Positions 1 to 7,263 of a stretch of 50,192 nt of DNA are shown here, piece after piece. The position numbers were made by a program, and so were the translations under genes. The stretch comes from Alphaproteobacteria bacterium MarineAlpha6_Bin4 (GTDB taxonomy: Bacteria; Pseudomonadota; Alphaproteobacteria; GCA-002720895), in the NCBI GenBank assembly GCA_002937775.1, contig PTKO01000003.1, positions 1 to 50,192 of the forward strand, written 5' to 3'. Within the stretch, counting starts at the first letter, position 1. Every line of letters begins with the position of its first letter. The notes beneath the pieces are model-generated. The model did not search any database, was not told where the DNA came from, and saw only the letters and a list, made by a program, of their open reading frames with translations.

Positions 1-1182
1 GAAAACCCTTGGGATTTAGCCTTCACAAAAGCCGGCGATATGTTTTACACTGAAAAATGTAAAGGTCTTTCAGTTAAGACTAAATCCGGTTCTGTAAATG
101 CATTGTACGGAATGAAAGATTCTTCAGGCTACAATAGTACTGGAAGTGATCTTTTTTGTTCTGGTCAAGCTGGCATGATGGGGGTTACTTTAGATCCTAA
201 GTTTAAAAATAACCGTAGGATCTATGTTGCATCAACTTCCAGCAAATATCATGGCTCTGGTTGTAAGGACAACTTCGATAAATGTGATGGTGGTATTATC
301 ATGAGATTTACTGTAAGTAAAGACATGAAGAGTGTTTCTGATCGTACCGATATTGTAAAAGATATACAATATAAGCCATTTAAGTCTGACCATCCATTTG
401 GAGGACCTGGCGCTCATAATGGTAACAGATTACGTTTCGGACCTGATGGTTACCTTTGGGCAACAACAGGAGATCGTCACAGAGGAGATGTTCCTCAATC
501 ACCAACACTACTTGGTGGTAATGTTCTTCGAATTGACACAGATGGCAAAGCTCATCCTGGAAATAAACCTCCAAAAGGCTTTGATAAGCGTATGTATACC
601 TATGGACATAGAAATGTTCAAGGTATAGATTTTCGTCCTAGCGATGGACGAGCTTTTACTGCTGAGCATGGACCATGGCATAACGATGAAATAACTGCTT
701 TGGTCAATGGTGGTAATGGAGGATGGGACCCTCGTCCAAATATTGCTGGTCGTGGTGATTGTCCTGATGAATATTGTGGATACATGCCTAACCAAAAAGA
801 AGGTATGCTTCCAGCTGCTCGTGCTGAAGCCGGTACACCAATGAGTGATACTCGTTTTAAAGACTTAATGTCTCCAGCATGGAACAACAATGGTATTTCT
901 CAGGGAACAGGCTCTGCTGCTTTCTTAAAAGGAAGTAACTGGGGTTACTGGGAAGGACGATTGGCTGTTGGAATCATGGGCATTGGTTTCGGCGGAACAC
1001 CATCTGGTATGAGAATTGACGTAATTGATATTGCTAAAGATGGCAAGTCAATTAAAAGTGTAATTCATATACCGACTGGCTTAACAAAGAGATTTAGAGG
1101 TTTAAGACTTGGACCAGACAATGCTCTTTATGCTGCAGTTGATGAAGGTGAAATCTTCAAAATTACAGCAACTACCAAATAA
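1..1182 (+). CDS. PQQ-dependent sugar dehydrogenase (soluble glucose/aldose dehydrogenase, 6-bladed propeller); 5' end lies outside the window
   Basis: Frame is open from base 1 (ENPWDLAF). Family motifs HNGNRLRFGPDGYLW, YGHRNVQG, EHGPWHNDEI and RFRGLRLGPDNALY are present. Confidence 0.88.
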   Translation, partial: ENPWDLAFTKAGDMFYTEKCKGLSVKTKSGSVNALYGMKDSSGYNSTGSDLFCSGQAGMMGVTLDPKFKNNRRIYVASTSSKYHGSGCKDNFDKCDGGIIMRFTVSKDMKSVSDRTDIVKDIQYKPFKSDHPFGGPGAHNGNRLRFGPDGYLWATTGDRHRGDVPQSPTLLGGNVLRIDTDGKAHPGNKPPKGFDKRMYTYGHRNVQGIDFRPSDGRAFTAEHGPWHNDEITALVNGGNGGWDPRPNIAGRGDCPDEYCGYMPNQKEGMLPAARAEAGTPMSDTRFKDLMSPAWNNNGISQGTGSAAFLKGSNWGYWEGRLAVGIMGIGFGGTPSGMRIDVIDIAKDGKSIKSVIHIPTGLTKRFRGLRLGPDNALYAAVDEGEIFKITATTK

Positions 1183-1189
1183 TTGATTT

Positions 1190-1219
1190 ACTCGCGCCAT
1201 GATAGTGGCGCGAGTTTAT
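1190..1219 (+). terminator. Intrinsic terminator-like hairpin
   Basis: Perfect 10-bp stem ACTCGCGCCA/TGGCGCGAGT with a 6-nt loop, 7 nt after the stop codon; the T-tail is short. Confidence 0.75.
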
Positions 1220-1245
1220 CTATCTTTAATAATTCTTAAAAATTT

Positions 1246-1266
1246 AAATATGGCAAAAATATGGCA
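1246..1266 (+). promoter_or_regulatory. Direct repeat AAATATGGCA x2 (11-bp period), candidate activator site
   Basis: Exact 10-mer at 1246 and 1257, upstream of TATAAT at 1296-1301. Confidence 0.4.
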
Positions 1267-1312
1267 TTTTTTATGTGGACAAAGCCATTTTTTTTTATAA
1301 TGATCTTAAAAG

Positions 1313-1333
1313 TACTGATAATTATTTTCAGTA
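1313..1333. promoter_or_regulatory. Near-perfect 21-bp palindrome, candidate operator
   Basis: TACTGATAAT-T-ATTTTCAGTA (9 of 10 pairs), between TATAAT (1296-1301) and the SD GGGAGGT (1347-1353). Confidence 0.4.
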
Positions 1334-1360
1334 TATTATTAATCTCGGGAGGTTATATAT

Positions 1361-3052
1361 ATGACTTCGATCAAAAAAACTCTAAGTGTTGCTACAGTTT
1401 TAGCTACAATCTCTGGTTTTGCATTTGCTACTAGTGCTGGAGAATACGCTAAACTTCCAGGTAAAAATTGGCTTGGATACGGTGGTGATGCTGGACAACA
1501 AAGATACCATCCAAGTACTGGTATCAATGTCAAAAATGCTAAGAATCTAAATGTAAAATGGATTCATCAGCATGGTGAAAAACTGGGTTCACATGAAACA
1601 ACTCCAGTTATAGAAGACGGCATTATGTATTACACAACTCCTTACAATCATGTATTTGCAGTTGATGCAAAAACAGGTAAAGAGTTATGGCAATACACTC
1701 ACAAAAACAAACCAGCTATTTATTGTTGTGGTCCTAATAGTAGAGGTGTGGCTTTATTAAAAGATAAAGTTGTATTTGCTACTTTGGATGCAATGTTAGT
1801 TGCTTTGGACAAAAAAACAGGAGCTCTTGCATGGGAACATCAAATAGCTGACAACGAAGCTGGCTATTCTCAAACTCATACACCTGCTGTTTATAAAGAT
1901 AAAATAATCATGGGTATGTCTGGTGCTGAATACGGTATCCGTGGTTTTATATCTGCATACAACATCGATGACGGTAAATTAGCATGGAAATGGTATACTG
2001 TTCCATCTCCATCTTACACTAATCCTGACGGCCTTAAAGGCTGGGAAGGTGACTTTGTAAATGTTACTGACCCTGGAGTTGGTGACGAACCGTTAAACCG
2101 TGACATCGCTGCAGAAAAAGCTGCTATTAAATCAGGTAAATATGATGATGCCTGGAAAGTTGGTGGTGCATCTGCGTGGATGACAGGATCTGTTGATCAT
2201 TCTGATGGATCTGTTTATTTCACAACTGGAAATCCATCTCCTGACTTAGATGGAACTATTAGACCTGGTGATAACAGATGGTCTGATGCTCTAGTTAAAA
2301 TCAATGCTGATAGTGGAAAGCTAATTTGGGCTTACCAATATATCAGACACGATGTATGGGATCTTGACTCTGTTTCTCCTCCAATCCTAGCGGATGTAAA
2401 GGACGAAGGTGGCAAGATGATCAAAGGTGTTATTCATGGTGGAAAAACTGGATGGACTTATGTTCATGCAGCATCTGACGGACGTTTAATCCGTAGATCT
2501 AAAGAGATGATTCCTCATGAAAATCTTTTTGCTTTACCTACTAGCGAGGGAACAAGAATGCTTCCTGGTGCTAATGGTGGAGTTGAATGGTCACCTGGTG
2601 CTTTTAGCCCAAAAACACGTCTAGTCTATTATGTTAATCTTCACCAACCTATGAATTATATAACTCATAGCGCTGGTTATCAAAAAGGTAAACTATGGCT
2701 AGGTTCTGCTTTTGTTGCTATTCCTGGTGAAAAACAGTGGGGCAGAATATCTGCTGTTAACGTAGACACTGCTAAAATCGAATGGGAAGTTGATACTGAC
2801 GAACCAATGATCGGTGGTGGCTGTGTGACTGGTGGAGACGTTTTCTTTGCTGGAGAAGCTAATGGCTACTTCAGAGCTTATAACGCTAAAACCGGTAAAA
2901 AACTATGGGAGTTCCAAACTGGAGCTGGAGCTAATGCTGCTTGTGCTTTATACGAGCTAGGCGGTAAACTTCACGTTGCAGTTGCTTCTGGTGGAAATGC
3001 ACAAATTAATGCACCACGTGGGGACAATCTTATCGTTTTTACAGTAGACTAA
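1361..3052 (+). CDS. Periplasmic PQQ-dependent alcohol dehydrogenase (methanol/ethanol family), probably lanthanide-dependent
   Basis: Signal peptide, vicinal CC (YCCGPNSRG), GAEYG Glu, TGNPSP Asn, HDVWDLDS with DxD, tryptophan-docking repeats (TGKELW, TGKKLWEF) and a strong SD. Confidence 0.92.
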   Translation: MTSIKKTLSVATVLATISGFAFATSAGEYAKLPGKNWLGYGGDAGQQRYHPSTGINVKNAKNLNVKWIHQHGEKLGSHETTPVIEDGIMYYTTPYNHVFAVDAKTGKELWQYTHKNKPAIYCCGPNSRGVALLKDKVVFATLDAMLVALDKKTGALAWEHQIADNEAGYSQTHTPAVYKDKIIMGMSGAEYGIRGFISAYNIDDGKLAWKWYTVPSPSYTNPDGLKGWEGDFVNVTDPGVGDEPLNRDIAAEKAAIKSGKYDDAWKVGGASAWMTGSVDHSDGSVYFTTGNPSPDLDGTIRPGDNRWSDALVKINADSGKLIWAYQYIRHDVWDLDSVSPPILADVKDEGGKMIKGVIHGGKTGWTYVHAASDGRLIRRSKEMIPHENLFALPTSEGTRMLPGANGGVEWSPGAFSPKTRLVYYVNLHQPMNYITHSAGYQKGKLWLGSAFVAIPGEKQWGRISAVNVDTAKIEWEVDTDEPMIGGGCVTGGDVFFAGEANGYFRAYNAKTGKKLWEFQTGAGANAACALYELGGKLHVAVASGGNAQINAPRGDNLIVFTVD

Positions 3053-3070
3053 TAATTAAAGTCTAGATAT

Positions 3071-3113
3071 TATGGGGCATCTTTTTTTTTTAAAAAGGTG
3101 CCCTATATTTTTT
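3071..3113 (+). terminator. Intrinsic terminator/attenuator between the dehydrogenase and the cupredoxin
   Basis: Stem TATGGGGCATCTTTTT/AAAAAGGTGCCCTATA (two G-U pairs) followed by a T-run. Confidence 0.7.
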
Positions 3114-3127
3114 AAATTAGGTATTAA

Positions 3128-3724
3128 ATGTTTTTAAAAAAATTATTAATTTCATTATTTGGTTTAATTTTATTATTTGTATTTAATCCAATTAATGCAG
3201 AGCATCATGGAGCTGGCGAAAAAATTACACCTTCATGGATGGTTGTTGATAGCGAAAATAAATTTGTTACATTTACTTTAACTTCAGCATATAACGGAAA
3301 TAATGGTTCATGGAATTATAATGGTTTTTATAATGGTTCTGCAAATTTAATTGTACCTCAAGGATGGAATGTTAATTTGAAATTTGTTAATCCAGATGGC
3401 AATTATAGACATAGTATAGCTGTGATTAAAATGTGGGATGGTGATAATGTCCCGCAAGAAGCAGATGACTCATTAGTTGCTATTGCAAGAGCTTATAGTT
3501 TATCACCGGCACAAGGGTGCCTTTCTTGCAAGGAAGATGTAAAATTTAAAGCAAAAAATAGAGATGATTATACAATTGGTAAATATTCTGTATTTTGTGG
3601 TGTTCCAGGACATGGAGGATCTGGAATGTGGTTAGGGTTTTCAGTTAAAGACGGAATAGATGCTCCTTTTGTTTTGTTTGATAAATCTGCAATGGATGAA
3701 GGATATGCAAAGCCGCTACTTTAG
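3128..3724 (+). CDS. Secreted sulfocyanin/rusticyanin-like type-1 (blue) copper protein
   Basis: Signal peptide, NYNG and LIVPQGWNV segments typical of sulfocyanin-like proteins, upstream His (YRHS) and C-x4-H-x4-M loop (CGVPGHGGSGM). Confidence 0.82.
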   Translation: MFLKKLLISLFGLILLFVFNPINAEHHGAGEKITPSWMVVDSENKFVTFTLTSAYNGNNGSWNYNGFYNGSANLIVPQGWNVNLKFVNPDGNYRHSIAVIKMWDGDNVPQEADDSLVAIARAYSLSPAQGCLSCKEDVKFKAKNRDDYTIGKYSVFCGVPGHGGSGMWLGFSVKDGIDAPFVLFDKSAMDEGYAKPLL

Positions 3725-4349
3725 TTTTTTTCTTTTAATTATTTTCTTCTTTTTTAATAGTAATAAATCTTTTTCGGAAGATGAGTTTCCTTCTTTAGAT
3801 CTTAATAAAGATCAAAATAAGATTGTTCAAAATGCTTTAACAAGTTGTAAAGATGTTAATTTTGAAAATTTGTTAAATTCCAGAAAAGAAAAGCTAGGAG
3901 TAAGTGAACCAGATAAAACTATTAATAAAAAAAAACAATTAGATAATTCTTTAGGCATTGAAGTTAGCAGATCTATTGAAACAATTTACACTCCCAAACA
4001 GTCATTAGACAATGTAAATAAAATTTTATCATCTATAAAAGATGATCGTCTATATCCTGCTATTAAGTATTATATAATTAAAGACTTTGCTTTTTATGAA
4101 AGTGGTTTATGCAAATCATTAAAAAGTCACTTTGACACCTACAAAGTTTACAAAGAGTTTTATTTAAAAACTAAAAATAAAGAATTAGACCCAATTTATG
4201 AAAATGAAAATAATTTAAATTTTTTTTACAAAAATTCTTCTGCTGCACGAAAAAGATTGCTACTTGCTATTCAATCAAAAAAAAGACTTTTAGAGAAAGA
4301 ACAGTTTCTTTTAAAGAATCTTAGAATTTTTGCAGAAACTTATATTTAA
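3705..4349 (+). CDS. Hypothetical secreted protein
   Basis: Long ORF. ATG 3705 follows GAAGGA and precedes a hydrophobic signal-like segment; overlaps the cupredoxin stop. No recognised domain. Confidence 0.65.
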   Translation: MQSRYFSFFLLIIFFFFNSNKSFSEDEFPSLDLNKDQNKIVQNALTSCKDVNFENLLNSRKEKLGVSEPDKTINKKKQLDNSLGIEVSRSIETIYTPKQSLDNVNKILSSIKDDRLYPAIKYYIIKDFAFYESGLCKSLKSHFDTYKVYKEFYLKTKNKELDPIYENENNLNFFYKNSSAARKRLLLAIQSKKRLLEKEQFLLKNLRIFAETYI

Positions 4350-4696
4350 TGTTTTGGATCTAAACCGGAGTGCTCAATAATATATTTTGTCAGTGGTTCT
4401 AAATCATCCAAAAGTCTAATCGTGGTATTTTTATAGTGTGCAGTATCCAATTTATCTTCATATGTTTTTATTTCATGGTACATATCAATAGCTTTAACTA
4501 ATTTTTTTCTTACTTTTAATAAATCTTCTAAACTTTTAAAATGTCCTTTTGATCCAATTGCAAAAGCATCCTCAGCATCACTCACTAACATTCCTGCTTT
4601 CTTAATTCTTTCATCTAAATCATCAGCATATATGTGGCCAGAATTAATAAAAGAAAAAATAAATAAAAGTATTGAGATTTTTAAAAGTTTAAGCAT
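4346..4696 (-). CDS. Hypothetical secreted helical protein
   Basis: 116-aa ORF with a signal peptide ending IYA|DD. Confidence 0.65.
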   Translation of the reverse strand: MLKLLKISILLFIFSFINSGHIYADDLDERIKKAGMLVSDAEDAFAIGSKGHFKSLEDLLKVRKKLVKAIDMYHEIKTYEDKLDTAHYKNTTIRLLDDLEPLTKYIIEHSGLDPKH

Positions 4697-4729
4697 CTTA
4701 AATAAGATTATAACTTTAAAAAAATAATT

Positions 4730-5296
4730 ATGAAAAATTTTTTTTATATTTTTTTGTTCACTTTTATTCCATTAATCATTTTTGCCAATGAGTTAGATGA
4801 AGAACTAATTGATAAAAAGTTTAATCAAATAAAAACTTCAGAGTTTTGTAATACTAGTGAATGGAGTGAAATTCAAAGAAAAGATTTTGTTAAGGCTTTT
4901 GTTTTAGGCCGGTATTGGGAGATTGAAGAAGCAAATGAATCAGAAAAAATAGATCAGCAAAGCTTTGATAAATTTTTTAACGAAATTTGTCAAAACGAAG
5001 GTTTGTTAATTAAAAATATTGAGAACTTAATTTTAAAAAATAATATTAAAAGATTTTATTACACGGGACATGATTGGATTAAATTAGATATTCAAAGAAA
5101 AAAAATATTTATTAAGGGGTATAATTCAGGGATCAAATCAAATAATGATGAAAAAAAAAGAATGGTAGTAAAATATAATGTTCTATTTTCCAGATTATCA
5201 GATTATTATTTCTACACTAATCATAGAGATGAAACAGTAGATCTATCAATCAAAACTATAGTTGACCAGATTTTTGGACATTTGTATGTAGATTAA
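4730..5296 (+). CDS. Hypothetical secreted protein with an internal duplicated motif
   Basis: Signal peptide IFA|NE. Two similar segments: W..IQRKDFVKAF..G and W....IQRKKIFIKGY..G. Confidence 0.65.
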   Translation: MKNFFYIFLFTFIPLIIFANELDEELIDKKFNQIKTSEFCNTSEWSEIQRKDFVKAFVLGRYWEIEEANESEKIDQQSFDKFFNEICQNEGLLIKNIENLILKNNIKRFYYTGHDWIKLDIQRKKIFIKGYNSGIKSNNDEKKRMVVKYNVLFSRLSDYYFYTNHRDETVDLSIKTIVDQIFGHLYVD

Positions 5297-6534
5297 TTAG
5301 GTAACTTTAAATCTTTAATAATTAAATAACCCAGAATAAAAAAAATAATTATACTTACAAAACCTGCTTTTTGATTATTAAAAGTAGTTGTCAATAAAGC
5401 TACAAAATAGGGGCCTAGAAAGGCAGTTATTTTTCCTGACAACCCGTATATTCCAAACATCTTTGATTGATCATTTATTTTTGATAATCTAGCCATACAT
5501 GACCTACTAGTAGATTGCAATCCTCCAATAAAAAGACCTATGCCAATTCCTAATATCCAAAAAAGAATTTTATTATTTGTAATTAAAATAAATGAGCAAA
5601 TGGATATTAAAGATATAAGGCAAGTTTTTATAATTATCCTTGGTCCAAATTTATCATCAAAAAAAGCAAAAATTACAGAACCAAATCCAGCCGAAATATT
5701 TAAAGCAATTCCAAATAAAATTATTTCACTAAATTCCATATTATATAATGTCGCAGCATAAATTCCCCCAAATGCAAACAAAGTATTTAATCCATCAGTG
5801 TAAAGCATTCTTGAAATTAAAAATTTTAGCGTAGTATTTTCTATTGATAAAAATGTTTTCTTTATATTTGCTATTAAATTAATTCTTTTTATTTTTATTT
5901 TTTTTTCTTTTATAAAAATAAAACTTGGGATACTAAAAATTAAAAACCACAATCCTATAAATGGACCAATAATTCTTACATGTTCAAATTTTTCTTTATC
6001 CAACCCAAATACAGGTTTTTCAGGGTTAATAAAAAGCAAAAAACAAATAATAAGTGAAACAATGCCCCCTATATATCCCAAAGACCAGGCGATGCCTGAT
6101 ATTTTGCCAATATTATTTTTATCTGATACTTTTTTTAATAATGCATTATAAAAAACAGTTGATATTTCGAAGAATACATTACCGAGCCCAATGATTATTA
6201 AAATAAAAAGAATTATATTTTTATTAGTGTCAGCAAACCATAGAAGAAATGCAAACAAACACGTTAAACAGGATGAAATAATTAAAAAAACTTTTCTTCT
6301 TTTTATAATATCTGAATAAATCCCAATAATTGGAGCTAAAAATGCTAATGCTAAACCTGATATTGACAACATATAACCCCATAATGAAGTTCCTATAATT
6401 TCATTTGGGGCTACATTTTTTACAAAATATGTAGAAAAAATAAAAGTAATAATAACTGTAGGCCAAGCTGAGTTCGCCCAATCTAGTAAAGACCAACTAC
6501 AAAGTTCTTTGTTAATTTTCCTTTTGATAAACAA
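5293..6534 (-). CDS. MFS transporter, UMF1/Atg22-like family
   Basis: About 12 hydrophobic segments; WSLLDWANSAW, FYNALL, SRMLYTDGLNT and FGIYGLSGK motifs. TTG start is uncertain. Confidence 0.85.
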   Translation of the reverse strand: MFIKRKINKELCSWSLLDWANSAWPTVIITFIFSTYFVKNVAPNEIIGTSLWGYMLSISGLALAFLAPIIGIYSDIIKRRKVFLIISSCLTCLFAFLLWFADTNKNIILFILIIIGLGNVFFEISTVFYNALLKKVSDKNNIGKISGIAWSLGYIGGIVSLIICFLLFINPEKPVFGLDKEKFEHVRIIGPFIGLWFLIFSIPSFIFIKEKKIKIKRINLIANIKKTFLSIENTTLKFLISRMLYTDGLNTLFAFGGIYAATLYNMEFSEIILFGIALNISAGFGSVIFAFFDDKFGPRIIIKTCLISLISICSFILITNNKILFWILGIGIGLFIGGLQSTSRSCMARLSKINDQSKMFGIYGLSGKITAFLGPYFVALLTTTFNNQKAGFVSIIIFFILGYLIIKDLKLPN

Positions 6535-6540
6535 TTTTAG

Positions 6541-6616
6541 TGGTGCCGGCTAGAGGAGTCGAACCCCTGACCCACTGATTACAAATCAGTTGCTCTACCA
6601 ACTGAGCTAAGCCGGC
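6541..6616 (-). tRNA. tRNA-Thr(UGU)
   Basis: Reverse complement folds to a cloverleaf GCCGGCT...TT-TGT-AA...GGTTCGACTCC...GCCGGCA-CCA. Confidence 0.96.
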
Positions 6617-6685
6617 ATATTAAATATTTAAAATAATAAAAAAAATCTTATTATAAAGTAAAAAATTTATTTTATTAATAGTTTA

Positions 6686-7105
6686 ATGTTACATGAACAA
6701 TTAAAAGATTTCCAAAATAATAAAAACGTTAGCAATAAAGCTTTTGGAATACAATTATCTTTAATTCTACTTATTGTATTTTTAATACGTTTTTATTTTG
6801 ATCATTTTGGTTTACTGGAGATTATATTAATTTCTTTAACAGCTATTATTATAATTATTGCTTATATAAACCCATCTTTATTAAACTTTCTAAGAATTAT
6901 TTTTTTTAATTTAGCTAAATTACTTGCTAGATTTTTTAACCCGATAATAATGTTAGTTTTTTATGTTATAATAATGCTTCCTTTTGGGATTTTTTTAAAA
7001 ATTTTTCAATACGACCCATTGAAAGAAAAAATAAATAAAAATTTAAAAACATATTGGATTTATTCAAAAAAAGTTAATAAAAGATTTTTTAGACAACAAT
7101 TTTAG
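6686..7105 (+). CDS. SxtJ-family membrane protein
   Basis: N-terminal SNKAFG, three hydrophobic segments and C-terminal DPL...TYW...FFRQQF; adjacent to a carbamoyltransferase. Confidence 0.8.
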   Translation: MLHEQLKDFQNNKNVSNKAFGIQLSLILLIVFLIRFYFDHFGLLEIILISLTAIIIIIAYINPSLLNFLRIIFFNLAKLLARFFNPIIMLVFYVIIMLPFGIFLKIFQYDPLKEKINKNLKTYWIYSKKVNKRFFRQQF

Positions 7106-7109
7106 TATT

Positions 7110-7259
7110 ATGAATTTTATAATTGAGATTTTTAATTTTTTAAAGGTTAGAAAAAAATTTTGGCTTTTACCAATAATTATAATATTAATTTTTTTCGGTG
7201 CTCTGCTTTTTTTTACATCTGGAACAGCTGTAGCTCCTTTGATATATACAATTTTCTAA
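7110..7259 (+). CDS. 49-aa SxtK/DUF5989-family membrane peptide (not in the ORF track)
   Basis: Translates to MNFIIEIFNFLKVRKKFWLLPIIIILIFFGALLFFTSGTAVAPLIYTIF, with RKK.WL.P and AP.IYT.F signatures. Confidence 0.88.
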   Translation: MNFIIEIFNFLKVRKKFWLLPIIIILIFFGALLFFTSGTAVAPLIYTIF

Positions 7260-7263
7260 ATCA

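Noticed and set aside
1313-1333. LexA (SOS) box
   Set aside because: The spacing is CTG-N11-CAG rather than N10, and alphaproteobacterial LexA recognises a different GTTC-N7-GTTC repeat.
3517-3533. Heme c attachment site in the cupredoxin
   Set aside because: The sequence is CLSCK, not CxxCH.
1-6540. Integrative element or prophage at tRNA-Thr
   Set aside because: No integrase, transposase or phage gene, and I saw no duplicated tRNA 3' end in the window. The far boundary could lie outside it.
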